Origin: a virus
Taxonomy: Duplodnaviria > Caudoviricetes
Strand: one strand, 5' to 3'
Length of the DNA stretch: 31,420 nucleotides
Virus record (IMG/VR): IMGVR_UViG_3300012682_000011
Coordinates: 1 to 31,420 of that record
A program made the position numbers and the translations under genes. The number at the start of each line of letters is the position of its first letter. Position 1 is the first letter of the stretch. This document shows positions 9,823 through 18,483 of this stretch, piece after piece. The notes beneath the pieces were generated by a model. It had not been told where the DNA came from. It saw only the letters and a list, made by a program, of their open reading frames with translations, and did not search any database.

Positions 9823-9848
9823 GAGAAAAGCCCTTTGCAGGGCTTCTC
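9823..9848 (-). terminator. Intrinsic terminator after the major capsid gene
   Basis: Minus strand GAGAAGCCCT-GCAA-AGGGCTTTTCTC: GNRA loop and U-tract. Confidence 0.7.
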
Positions 9849-9859
9849 CACAACTAACC

Positions 9860-10858
9860 TTACGCAATGATAGTTGTTACAGCACCTTGACGTGCACAGT
9901 TTGAAATATTAAACTCACCCATCCAGAGAATTTGGGCAACTCGTGCATCTTGGTTCTGAGGTCGGATAAAGTCAGTAGTAGCAAAATCTGCGTCTTTGTG
10001 AACAGTTAGGTGTAGGTACTTGCTGTTTAGGAAGTACTGAGTACCAGCTGGAAAGTAGGTATTGTTGTCAAACATGTAAACAGCACCCTTGAATTTCAAG
10101 TTCTCAAATCCAGCGTCAGCTGTTTTAGAGTCGGTGAAGCGTTCTTGTGACTGAAGTAGTTTTTCGTAGTATTGGAATACTACTTGATTAGAGATTACTA
10201 GGTCTGGGTGCTCATTTCCTTTAGAGATAGAGTTGTATTTGTCTCGCATGTTGTCGATACCAGTCGTTGCGAATGAACCACCAGCAGTAACATTAGCTCT
10301 CCACCAGATATTAGCAGCACGAGCGATTCCACCAACAGTACCAGTTGTACTGATCATGGTTTGAAGCCCTAACATGTCGAGTGTGGAGTCTGTACCGACA
10401 CCAGCAAGCTGTCGAGCCATTTCGTCAATAAGACTCATTTCAGCCTGAGTGATTTTAGATTTAAGTAGGCTGACAATTTGCTTTTCTCCTGCGTTCTGGC
10501 GCTCTTCTTTTCCACTAATAGATACTGATGCACTGTTCTGCTTCCAGTTGAACTGAGCAGCGGTGATACCCTCTTGAGGTGTTACGTCCAATAGGTCATA
10601 GCCGTTGTATGCCTTAGCAGTGGTGTTTTTACCGTACATAAGAGGCTGAACAATAGTATAGCCTCCATCTTTTAACTCTTTGCGTCCTACGTTTCCAGTC
10701 TCATTATGTGAGCCTTGAAGCTGGTCGCTGTCATTGAACTTTCCGACTAACCAATAAAGTAGAGGTACAGCGGTAAATACGTTGTCCTCAATCATGCTGC
10801 GTGAGTTTTGTAGCGTAGTTGATAGTACGCTATCTGGTACTGAATAGCTTAAAGCCAT
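9860..10858 (-). CDS. Major capsid protein
   Basis: 332 aa; AQFNWKQNSASVSISG, DAGFENLKFKGA, YFLNSKYL motifs; downstream of the scaffold. Confidence 0.9.
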   Translation of the reverse strand: MALSYSVPDSVLSTTLQNSRSMIEDNVFTAVPLLYWLVGKFNDSDQLQGSHNETGNVGRKELKDGGYTIVQPLMYGKNTTAKAYNGYDLLDVTPQEGITAAQFNWKQNSASVSISGKEERQNAGEKQIVSLLKSKITQAEMSLIDEMARQLAGVGTDSTLDMLGLQTMISTTGTVGGIARAANIWWRANVTAGGSFATTGIDNMRDKYNSISKGNEHPDLVISNQVVFQYYEKLLQSQERFTDSKTADAGFENLKFKGAVYMFDNNTYFPAGTQYFLNSKYLHLTVHKDADFATTDFIRPQNQDARVAQILWMGEFNISNCARQGAVTTIIA

Positions 10859-10889
10859 GGGGGTCTAACTTAGGGGTAAATAGTTGGTT

Positions 10890-11615
10890 TTAACCGTTCC
10901 AACCAGTTGATTTCTTGGCTCTCTCAAATGCTTCCTCAAACGATGTTACCCTCTTATTGCTGGTAACTGTTGTATTGGCACTGGTAGGGCTAGAGGCACC
11001 ATCTCGCTTTTCAGTTGCTTTAGTTCCTTTATCTACGCCTGCTTGGTAGCGTGCATCGTAAGTAACTATGCGGTATGCGTCCTCTGGGTCATATCCCTTT
11101 AAGACGTACTCGGCTACTTTGTCCTCATACTGAGGTAGATCAGGGTACTTGCTTAAGAGTTCGTTGTACGTGGTTTCGGCTTGCTTCTCTGAGCGTTCCT
11201 GGTAAAGAGGGTCTACTAGCTTCTTAGCTTCTTCCTGTATTAACTTGGTTAAGTTCTCAGGGTTCTCTAAGATTTGGGTTAGTAGCTCTTCACCTGATTG
11301 CTGAGGCTGGGCTTGTGGTTCGGTACCTGGTGTATCACCTGCTATGAGTTGCTGCACATAGGGCATTAACTCATCATAGGCGGTCGCTTTACTCTTGTAA
11401 CTGCTGATATCCTGGGTTTTCCTGGTGTAGTCTCCTTGGAGTGACTTATAGGTCTGGTTCCATAGTTCCTGTAACTCAGGTGGGAGGGTATCGGGGTTTA
11501 GCTCGGTAAACGAGCTCTCACTGGTTTCGGTTGTCGGTGCTTGTTCACCTACTGCTTCAGGAGTGCTTATCGCTGATTCCTCGGAAGTAGGGAGTGCGCC
11601 TATTTCTTCATCCAT
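10890..11615 (-). CDS. Capsid scaffolding protein
   Basis: Acidic, helical, SLQGDYTRKTQ motif, directly upstream of the capsid gene. Confidence 0.85.
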   Translation of the reverse strand: MDEEIGALPTSEESAISTPEAVGEQAPTTETSESSFTELNPDTLPPELQELWNQTYKSLQGDYTRKTQDISSYKSKATAYDELMPYVQQLIAGDTPGTEPQAQPQQSGEELLTQILENPENLTKLIQEEAKKLVDPLYQERSEKQAETTYNELLSKYPDLPQYEDKVAEYVLKGYDPEDAYRIVTYDARYQAGVDKGTKATEKRDGASSPTSANTTVTSNKRVTSFEEAFERAKKSTGWNG

Positions 11616-11694
11616 GTAGTGCGTTTAACTGGTTGTTAATGGGGCTGATATGCTCCTGGTGCTACCCCTCTTTAGAGGTAGCGTGAGTAGAATA

Positions 11695-11862
11695 CTAGCC
11701 TACATACGGTTCTGTCGCTGCTTTAATGTAGGTTGTGCCATTTTTTGGCTTCAGTTGTAGAGCTTTCTTTAGGGGTGTAGATTCATCCTTTTTAGGAGTT
11801 GCTTCACCTATGGTAATAGTGATAGCCTGTTTAAGATTTCCTCCGCTTAGGGTTATATCCAT
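11695..11862 (-). CDS. Hypothetical protein, 55 aa (MDITLSGGNLKQAITITIGE...); not in the track
   Basis: ATG preceded by TAACCCCC right after the previous stop; fills the gap. Confidence 0.55.
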   Translation of the reverse strand: MDITLSGGNLKQAITITIGEATPKKDESTPLKKALQLKPKNGTTYIKAATEPYVG

Positions 11863-11867
11863 GGGGG

Positions 11868-12113
11868 TTATTTAGTAGGCTCTTTAACAGGCTTCTCTTC
11901 AGGTTCTTTGGCTACTTCTAGCTCTTCAGGTGTCGGTTCTGCGTCAGGTGAGATAGTATAAATCATTCTGGATGAAAAGTACTCTTTAAGACCGTTCTCA
12001 CCAGTGATGCAAACCATTCTTTTCTTTTCAATCTGGTCGAGCACATTGTCTACTGATTCTACCACGTCACGGGTTAACTGCTGACTAGGGAGTGCTATAT
12101 ATACTCTACACAT
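11868..12113 (-). CDS. Hypothetical protein
   Basis: 81 aa, overlaps the portal stop. Confidence 0.65.
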   Translation of the reverse strand: MCRVYIALPSQQLTRDVVESVDNVLDQIEKKRMVCITGENGLKEYFSSRMIYTISPDAEPTPEELEVAKEPEEKPVKEPTK

Positions 12114-14031
12114 TGAGACGTGTTACGGATGATGTTAGTTGCGAATTACTAGGATTAGTAGGCGCTAGTCTTTGTTGGATAGCCTGTATGCGTCCTGTTA
12201 ATGCTTCTCGTTCATTGTCTGGCAATCCCTTAAGCTTGTCAATAAGCTCATCTGGGTCACTACTATTAACTAGTTCTTCTAACTCTTTGTCTGGGTCATT
12301 CTCACCACCTTCCTCTAGTGGAGCAGGGGGCTGATCAGAAGGTTCTGGCACAATACTGTCTATGTCTCTGGCAAAGGTTTCAAAGGTTTCTAGGTACTTT
12401 CGTGCCATTAAAGCGATACCAGGTATTTGGATAAGAGTCATACCTTGTGGATTAGGGGTTAAGAGTGGCACCAGGGTATTCAGCGCTTCTTGGGACTGTT
12501 TGCGGTACAATGCACTATTGTCTTTACTGCTCTCAGGGTCAGCTCCATAGCCGTACTCTCCTTGAATCTCTTTATTGTTGTAGTCTAGCCAGTCGGTAGG
12601 TTTTGAGCCGTCACCTGTAACCAGGATAACATCTGACTCTACCCAGTGCTGCTGGATGAACTGAGCGATGAGCCTAATAGCCCTACTATAGAACTGCTCT
12701 ACCGTGTCCTGCTTATCACCTTTACGGGTGGCAGAGTTGGATTCTATTATCTGGGCTTCTCCAAGCGTTCCAGGGGTTTGACCTACTCCCTTAAATACGC
12801 CTGTCGAGCCTGTGGCTTGCACTATATCAATATCTCGGTCTATAGAATCTTCTACCCTGTATACGTCAGCTGGCATGGGAGCGTCCTGTACGGTTTGGAA
12901 CACAGCAGGGCTAATATCTTCTTTAACCTCAACTACCGTACCATCTTCTCCATGGGTCAGGTCGTAGATGCCTTGATCATCCAAAAAGCGCTTTTTAGTC
13001 AGGTACTTACGGTTATAGCGCTTGATATGGTTGACTTGGTAGGTTCGGATACGGTTCTTTTCCTGTACTTGGGGCTCGATAGGTGCTATATCACCAAGGC
13101 CATAGGCTTGAGTAATCTGCTCTTCATTTACATAGAAGATAAACGGCCAATCAGCTGGGAACTCATCAGTCTCTTGTTTGAAGTTGTAGTCCTCAGTGAT
13201 GGATTTATTGTTGTACAGGTCTAAGTCTTGGCCGTCTGGTAACAGCATGTGTCTATCGTCTTGCTTGTTCCAGATATCCCACAGCACACCGTACTGGGTG
13301 GTGCTTCCTTTAATAGTGGACTTGGCAGGGGAGACTTTCAGGCGGTTGTCATTGAACCGTTTGTCAGCTTTTATCTCATCTAAAGGCTTTACGATGCGCC
13401 TACCTATCCAGGGTGAGTCGTAAATATCGAGTACCTCATGAGAATATATCAGGTCACGGGCTAAGATGCGCTCAAATTTAGGCACCTTGCTACCAGGCAT
13501 AGTGGTAATCATCAAGGTGCCAAGTCCTACGGGTATACCCTCTAAGATAGCTCTCTTGCTTGAGCGTTTGAAGTTGCTCTCTCTAATTACATAGTCTATG
13601 CAGGATTTGAGCTTCTTAGCTCCCTCTAGAGTGTCTATCTCTTGCGCTCCTGACAGCTCTACCCCTTGCTCATCCTTCTCAGCATCAAGCTTGTGGCTCT
13701 TTTTCTTAGGCTTTACTATCGCTGTAGGGTTCTTTAAATATACCTCAGCCAGTATCTGCCTGGTGTTCGCATAGGGTGTATTAACTTGGATACGGTCTGT
13801 ATTGGTTTCTAACTCTTCACCAGTCTCAGCGTTTAGGTAGTGGGCAAGCTCATAGTACTGGGTCATGCGCTTGGCCTGCTTGTGGAACTTCTTTTCTAGT
13901 ATCTTGCCGCTGGATTCTAGCGCACTCCTATACTTCTTGATCTGCTCTATGGTGCTTGTCTCGGCAGCCGTAATTTCAGGCTGCTTCCCGTCAGGGGTAA
14001 CAGGACTAACAGGTGGGGTGTTAACTGGCAT
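12106..14031 (-). CDS. Portal protein (P22-like)
   Basis: 641 aa, follows terL; YGLGDIAPIEPQVQEKN, TLGEAQIIESNS motifs. Confidence 0.88.
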   Translation of the reverse strand: MPVNTPPVSPVTPDGKQPEITAAETSTIEQIKKYRSALESSGKILEKKFHKQAKRMTQYYELAHYLNAETGEELETNTDRIQVNTPYANTRQILAEVYLKNPTAIVKPKKKSHKLDAEKDEQGVELSGAQEIDTLEGAKKLKSCIDYVIRESNFKRSSKRAILEGIPVGLGTLMITTMPGSKVPKFERILARDLIYSHEVLDIYDSPWIGRRIVKPLDEIKADKRFNDNRLKVSPAKSTIKGSTTQYGVLWDIWNKQDDRHMLLPDGQDLDLYNNKSITEDYNFKQETDEFPADWPFIFYVNEEQITQAYGLGDIAPIEPQVQEKNRIRTYQVNHIKRYNRKYLTKKRFLDDQGIYDLTHGEDGTVVEVKEDISPAVFQTVQDAPMPADVYRVEDSIDRDIDIVQATGSTGVFKGVGQTPGTLGEAQIIESNSATRKGDKQDTVEQFYSRAIRLIAQFIQQHWVESDVILVTGDGSKPTDWLDYNNKEIQGEYGYGADPESSKDNSALYRKQSQEALNTLVPLLTPNPQGMTLIQIPGIALMARKYLETFETFARDIDSIVPEPSDQPPAPLEEGGENDPDKELEELVNSSDPDELIDKLKGLPDNEREALTGRIQAIQQRLAPTNPSNSQLTSSVTRLNV

Positions 14032-14040
14032 TAGTGGGGG

Positions 14041-15594
14041 TTAGTTTCTGCCTATAATATGAGATTGTCTGTTCCTTGATTGTATACGAGCTAATGCTGT
14101 TTGAAAACTACTATCAACTTGTATCAGGTCTGTAGGGTTCCAATCTACGTTCACCCCAAAATACTCAAGCATTGATCTACTGTGGGAAGTCCAGTCATGT
14201 AATGGCTTGTCATTCTCGCTGGTTCGCTGTGAGCCGTCCCTAGTGTCAGGCAGCCTGGCGTTCTTAATGCGCTCTAAGAACAGCCTATTGTTTGGTGTGT
14301 CGTTGACATCCAGATTCATCAGTATTTTAGCTGCACCTGATCTCCTTGAGTAGTGGTCATTCAGTTTGCCATTGATACCTACTGAGATGTTAAATTCCAA
14401 GAGCCTGTCATAGACACTCTTGCCTGACACTTCATTTCCTATACGTCCTGCTGGGTCACCGAAATGGGTAGCACCTTTCCACTCTGACACTTTGGCAATG
14501 AGCGCTCGCTCTTCTTCATTGTAGGAGAACTGAGAATCTATAGGGTTGGCCTTATGTAAGTCAGGGTTATAGAACATGGGCAGATACCAGTCAATAACTC
14601 GGCTGTCACGCTCAAAGCTCTCTATAAGCATATACCGTCCTGTTTGGGGATTGATCTGGAACCAACCGAGCGAGTGGGGGTCAGGGAAGTGTCCAGGGTC
14701 GTGGGACACCCAGAGAGGCCAGCTAGGATTATACGGGAACTCACCCAGTCTCGTGTGAGCTACTTCAGGCATATAGCGTCCTGTAATAGAGCCTTCCCAG
14801 TTAATGTCTACCTCTCGGGCTAAGTCCTCTGGTAGCCTTGTTGCTTTCTCTTGCTCGTACCAGGCATCATCCTTTAAGGGGTGTACTCTCCAGTGCAGTG
14901 TGACTACAGGCACGATACCGCTATTGCGTAAGGCTTTGGAGAAGTGGGGCTTCTTGGCAGGTGTGGTGATAGCGATTACACAACTGCAGGAGTCCTGAGC
15001 ACTACCCCAGGCTTCAGCTGCATCATCCCAGAAGGCTATTTCATCCATAACACCTAACGTGTACCGACCAGACCGAGACCAGTTAGGGTTGCTTGATTCA
15101 CCCTTTAAGAGATTGCCATTCATTGGGTTCACGACTTTTAATTTGGTGCGGTTCTTCTTGCTGAAGCCATCAGGCGCAAAGGGCAGGTTATCCAGTATGA
15201 TGTCAACTTTGCCAAATAGAGAGTCAAATTGAAAGTTGTCTACTGCGTCCTCTACTCTTGACCCATAGATTGCTTGAAAGGCTGGTTCAAAGTTCCAGAA
15301 CCACGATGATATAGCCATTACTATCCAAGAGATACCCATATCTCGGCTCTTTTCGTAGAACAAATCCCTCCCCTGCCTGATATGGTTGACGATACGGGGT
15401 ATCTCACCCTCTTGGAATGGGTAGAGCTTAAATGGCATCAAGTTGTGACCCTTAGCCCTAATTAGTGGGTCAAAGGTATAGCAGTACTCATTGATATAGT
15501 ACACAGGGTCACTCATGATACGGGTAAACTCAGCAGGTGTGAGCCGTGTTACCTTTTCATTGGCGCTTTTAGGGGTATTGAGCTCTATTTGCAT
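14041..15594 (-). CDS. terL: Terminase large subunit (probable start MQIELN at 15594)
   Basis: FKLYPFQ (Q motif), EKSRDMGISW (Walker A), GVMDEIAF (Walker B), SHDPG and PLHDWTSH nuclease motifs. Confidence 0.95.
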   Translation of the reverse strand: MQIELNTPKSANEKVTRLTPAEFTRIMSDPVYYINEYCYTFDPLIRAKGHNLMPFKLYPFQEGEIPRIVNHIRQGRDLFYEKSRDMGISWIVMAISSWFWNFEPAFQAIYGSRVEDAVDNFQFDSLFGKVDIILDNLPFAPDGFSKKNRTKLKVVNPMNGNLLKGESSNPNWSRSGRYTLGVMDEIAFWDDAAEAWGSAQDSCSCVIAITTPAKKPHFSKALRNSGIVPVVTLHWRVHPLKDDAWYEQEKATRLPEDLAREVDINWEGSITGRYMPEVAHTRLGEFPYNPSWPLWVSHDPGHFPDPHSLGWFQINPQTGRYMLIESFERDSRVIDWYLPMFYNPDLHKANPIDSQFSYNEEERALIAKVSEWKGATHFGDPAGRIGNEVSGKSVYDRLLEFNISVGINGKLNDHYSRRSGAAKILMNLDVNDTPNNRLFLERIKNARLPDTRDGSQRTSENDKPLHDWTSHSRSMLEYFGVNVDWNPTDLIQVDSSFQTALARIQSRNRQSHIIGRN

Positions 15595-15604
15595 GGGTAG
15601 ATAC

Positions 15605-15641
15605 AAAAATAGGCGCATACCACCCCAGGTAAGCGTCTATT
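15605..15641 (-). terminator. Intrinsic terminator-like hairpin immediately upstream of terL
   Basis: Minus strand AATAGACGCTTACC-TGGGGT-GGTATGCGCCTATT followed by a T run. Confidence 0.55.
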
Positions 15642-15735
15642 ATGTGTTTTAAAAGAGAGAGAGAGCGAACATACCCCTATGTTCACTAATGAGTGTACTT
15701 CCATTGTTGGGTTTGATCTGTAATATATCATACGG

Positions 15736-15906
15736 TCATTGATTTAGGGGCAAAACTAAGAGCGTATACCTGGAACACTGAATGTTAACACAGGTTTTGA
15801 GCGTTATGTAGGCTTCTTCTTCAGGAAGTTTATCACTAGCCCACTCTACAGGTATCTCTACAGCATGTATGAACTGTGAGCACATAGCACAGGGGGTGAG
15901 TGTCAT
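15736..15906 (-). CDS. Small Cys-rich (Zn-ribbon-like) protein, 56 aa; not in the track
   Basis: MTLTPCAMC...KTCVNIQCSRY; ATGA overlap with the upstream gene stop. Confidence 0.65.
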   Translation of the reverse strand: MTLTPCAMCSQFIHAVEIPVEWASDKLPEEEAYITLKTCVNIQCSRYTLLVLPLNQ

Positions 15907-16184
15907 CCTACAGCTATTACGTTCTTCTCTTTAATAAGTCTATTGTAGTGGCCACGGTTCTCTACTACAGCGTCTAGTCCTACATTGTAGCCTGAGTAGA
16001 GTGTACCTGTATCAGCATCAGTTAAGAGGTAGTTTTTGTTCTTGGTGAGTTCGGCTTGCTCTTTACGAGTGGCTACACAGTCTGTATTGGAGCAGTAATA
16101 CTGATTCTGGGCTGGTATTCCTTCTTGCACACTATAGGTAAAGGGAGTGGAGCAGGCGTAGCATGAGGCTGATTTCTCTATCAT
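15903..16184 (-). CDS. Zn-ribbon protein (loosely FmdB-like)
   Basis: CYAC...CSNTDC; GLDAVVENRGHYNRLIKEKN tail; ATGA coupling with terS. Confidence 0.7.
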   Translation of the reverse strand: MIEKSASCYACSTPFTYSVQEGIPAQNQYYCSNTDCVATRKEQAELTKNKNYLLTDADTGTLYSGYNVGLDAVVENRGHYNRLIKEKNVIAVG

Positions 16185-16645
16185 TCTTGAGGCTTAAGAG
16201 TAAAGGTGGCTTTTTCGTAAGTGTTGTTGATCTGGTTCTGAATCATGATTTCTGGGTTCATGTGTCCTTTAAGCTTTAACCCTGTATCTAAATACTTATG
16301 CCTCACAGCATAGTCTGGCACATCTACAAAGTCATATGTGGCACTCGATGCGTCCTTACCGTCACCTGGTTGTACCATGGCACCCATTTGCTTAGTAGCT
16401 ATCAATCCTTCAGATAATATAGTAACTAAATAGTCATCTGTAAGACCATTTCTCTCCATTATTGAGCTCATGTCTAGTTTTGCAAGTGTTTCACTTCCAA
16501 TCTGTCTAGCAGATACAGGATTAGTATTATAGGCTACTAGAGCTGACTGTGTAGCATTCCCACCATTCTTAATATATTCTTTGACAAATTTCCGTTCCTT
16601 AAATGTCTTAGGAGGTCGTTTTGGTTTGGGTTCTTTAGCGGCCAT
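16181..16645 (-). CDS. terS: Terminase small subunit
   Basis: KERKFVKEYIKNGGNATQSALVAY...ARQIGSETL N-terminal HTH; PDYAVRHKYLDTGLKLKG. Confidence 0.88.
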   Translation of the reverse strand: MAAKEPKPKRPPKTFKERKFVKEYIKNGGNATQSALVAYNTNPVSARQIGSETLAKLDMSSIMERNGLTDDYLVTILSEGLIATKQMGAMVQPGDGKDASSATYDFVDVPDYAVRHKYLDTGLKLKGHMNPEIMIQNQINNTYEKATFTLKPQE

Positions 16646-16775
16646 GTTTGGTAGATTTCATGATTCGTTCTAGTTCTGCTCCCTCTGCATATAACTCACT
16701 AAGTAGGGAGTCTAGGAAGCAGTCATCACACCGTTCATCGAAGTTTTGCTGGTAGTCTTTCAGGATGAGTTTCAT
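16635..16775 (-). CDS. Hypothetical protein (probable start MKLILKDY)
   Basis: Short ORF overlapping the terS start; start codon uncertain. Confidence 0.4.
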   Translation of the reverse strand: MKLILKDYQQNFDERCDDCFLDSLLSELYAEGAELERIMKSTKHGR

Positions 16776-16933
16776 CTCGTCTGTTTCGTTTACAGCCGTG
16801 TAGCTTCCATCGTACCAGTCCCCATTACTTGTGTGATGGTTGTCCACGGCGGAAGAGGTTACGGATTCGGTTGAGGATACGTTTCAGCATAGTGGGTGTT
16901 TGTTATTGTTGTGTTCATAATGAGGTCTCTACC

Positions 16934-17176
16934 CTACTCTGTCAAGTCTCCTGGTGTTTGCGGCTTGGTACTTGTTTCTGCTCCTAGTGGGGATACAGTC
17001 GATTGTGCACGCTCTTTCATAGCTCGGTTCACTTTCTGCTCAAAGGCAGCGTCTCGGGTGTCCTTGATTCTAACGTAGGCATCCTTGACCATCTCGGGTA
17101 TCTGCGGATAAAGGCTTGTAGCTAATGCTCCTAGGATAAAGCCCACAGTGAGGAAGAGTAAGGCAAATGATTTCAT
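16934..17176 (-). CDS. Small membrane-anchored protein, first gene of the late operon
   Basis: N-terminal hydrophobic helix; CCCT-ATG start context. Confidence 0.7.
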   Translation of the reverse strand: MKSFALLFLTVGFILGALATSLYPQIPEMVKDAYVRIKDTRDAAFEQKVNRAMKERAQSTVSPLGAETSTKPQTPGDLTE

Positions 17177-17227
17177 AGGGCTGAGGTTAGGTTTCCTCTA
17201 GTAAAGCATAGTTTGTCCTTAGTAACC

Positions 17228-17262
17228 AAAAAAGCCCGTCATAGCTAGATGCTCAGGGCTTT
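17228..17262 (-). terminator. Terminator/attenuator in the leader of the late operon
   Basis: Minus strand AAAGCCC...CGGGCTTTTTT; long loop. Confidence 0.5.
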
Positions 17263-17310
17263 GGTGGTACAAGCGGGCTAACGAGTTGTGCCACTGCAGG
17301 TGGTAATCCA

Positions 17311-17378
17311 TTAATAGAACATTTACACCTGAAAGTCAAGAACGGCTATTGACAAAGCCCAGGCAGGGAAGGTGTAAT
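17311..17378. promoter_or_regulatory. Back-to-back sigma70-like promoters with an operator palindrome between the -35 boxes
   Basis: Minus: TTGACT(17339-17334)-17-TATTAA; plus: TTGACA(17349-17354)-18-TGTAAT; AGAACGGCTAT at 17339-17349. Confidence 0.6.
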
Positions 17379-17382
17379 AGGT

Positions 17383-17612
17383 GTAGCCGTGTACAAGCGG
17401 CGCAAAGCGAGTCGATGTGTGATTAGCTCCCTCCACTAAAAACAACAGCTACCCTGAACGGCACAACTAGGTCTACAGTATAAAAAATCCTAGCTCTGGC
17501 TACCCCCTGACCCGTTCATACCGCACCTGACTAATATACAGTGTTAGCGGACAACAGACTTGCCTCATAGCCTCGCTGAACAAACTCTCCTATCTGTAGA
17601 GTAAGGGGGGTT
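17383..17612 (+). ncRNA. Candidate structured non-coding RNA or origin-associated transcript
   Basis: About 230 nt without a credible ORF, downstream of a promoter; complementary pairs GTAGCC/GGCTAC, TAGCT/AGCTA, CTAGG/CCTAG, TGAACGG/CCGTTCA, CCGC/GCGG. Confidence 0.4.
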
Positions 17613-17617
17613 ATGTC

Positions 17618-17830
17618 CTAAACCAGTGCATACCACTCAGTACTTTGTCGCATTAATCGCTCCCAATCCTCTAACTCTCTCTTCACCTCTACCTGTTTCA
17701 CACTGTACTTCATCCGCTTCATATCTTTGAGGTAGGCTTCAAACTCACTGTCCCCTTGAAAGGTTAAGGTGGGCTTACATATGTGTTTGGGGTTGTGGTG
17801 GTCAGTGATGGTGAGTAAGGCAGTAATCAT
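17618..17830 (-). CDS. Hypothetical protein with its own promoter
   Basis: 70 aa ORF about 25 nt downstream of a consensus promoter. Confidence 0.65.
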   Translation of the reverse strand: MITALLTITDHHNPKHICKPTLTFQGDSEFEAYLKDMKRMKYSVKQVEVKRELEDWERLMRQSTEWYALV

Positions 17831-17854
17831 ATATTTGTTTTAGTAAATTAGACT

Positions 17855-17883
17855 ATAGTACCAAAATATAGCCCAGTTGTCAA
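17855..17883 (-). promoter_or_regulatory. Sigma70-like promoter
   Basis: TTGACA-17 bp-TACTAT on the minus strand. Confidence 0.75.
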
Positions 17884-17900
17884 TTAGTATCAGGTTCACA

Positions 17901-17978
17901 CCCTCCACTTTGCCCCACTCTATTCCACTTCTATCCTACTTTCGCTCTACTTTTAACCTACTTTTAACCTACTTTTAA
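17901..17978. repeat. Seven helically phased CYACTY repeats
   Basis: ACTY cores at 17907, 17917, 17927, 17938, 17949, 17960, 17971 (spacing 10,10,11,11,11,11). Confidence 0.8.
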
Positions 17979-17989
17979 TCACAGCCACC

Positions 17990-18022
17990 AAAAAACCACC
18001 CATTCAGCCGAGGTGGTTTTTT
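17990..18022. terminator. Bidirectional intrinsic terminator
   Basis: AAAAAACCACC-loop-GGTGGTTTTTT. Confidence 0.75.
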
Positions 18023-18115
18023 CTTGGTGTAACTAATATTCTCACTAAGGCAAACTGCAAGGAAAGTGCAAACCATCTGTAGTGGTTCTCCCCTAGTATA
18101 CATGAGGATGTCAAA

Positions 18116-18153
18116 ACAAAAAGAGCCCTGGAAACTGAGAAGGCTCTTTGTGT
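18116..18153. terminator. Terminator-like hairpin
   Basis: ACAAAAAGAGCC-loop-GGCTCTTTGTGT. Confidence 0.5.
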
Positions 18154-18221
18154 GCCCAGTACATTTCGGTACGGGATTTACGGCAACCATACACGATAAT
18201 GGCTAATCTGTAAAGTAGCTA

Positions 18222-18250
18222 TTGCCTAACAAGAACCGCTCTGCTACTGT
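18222..18250 (+). promoter_or_regulatory. Promoter giving a leaderless mRNA for 18257; operator in the spacer
   Basis: TTGCCT-17-TACTGT, ATG 6 nt downstream; AGAACCGCTCT at 18232-18242. Confidence 0.65.
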
Positions 18251-18256
18251 AGGCGC

Positions 18257-18439
18257 ATGATACCTTCATTTACCCAAGAAGAACTACAAGAGATAAACAA
18301 GATGCTGCAACGAGAGCGAGGCAGTAAAGGCGGCAAAGCCTGGTGGGCAAGTCTTGACGATGAGCAGAAAGAAGAGCGTAAACGCAAGCTCTTAGAAGGC
18401 CAAAAGAGAAAGATGAAACAAAACATAAAGCCGCTCTAA
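18257..18439 (+). CDS. Small basic putative DNA-binding regulator (GSKGGKA...L..EQKEE type)
   Basis: 60 aa, RGSKGGKAWWASLDDEQKEERKRK; flanked by operator-like palindromes. Confidence 0.7.
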   Translation: MIPSFTQEELQEINKMLQRERGSKGGKAWWASLDDEQKEERKRKLLEGQKRKMKQNIKPL

Positions 18440-18483
18440 TAGCGAGTAACTAAGGGTAACGACTTGAATACTAGCTGGAAAGA

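Noticed and set aside
21-14998. Numerous plus-strand ORFs of the track within the structural module (also 26265-31386)
   Set aside because: Antisense shadows of long minus-strand genes, with no motif or start-context support
15654-15665. (GA)n microsatellite as a phase-variation switch
   Set aside because: Only about six units, intergenic, no evidence of length variation
17901-17978. CRISPR or mini-CRISPR array
   Set aside because: Units are 10-11 bp with no unique spacers; no cas genes
18092-18113. Minus-strand TTGACA...TATACT promoter
   Set aside because: The hexamers are only 8 bp apart
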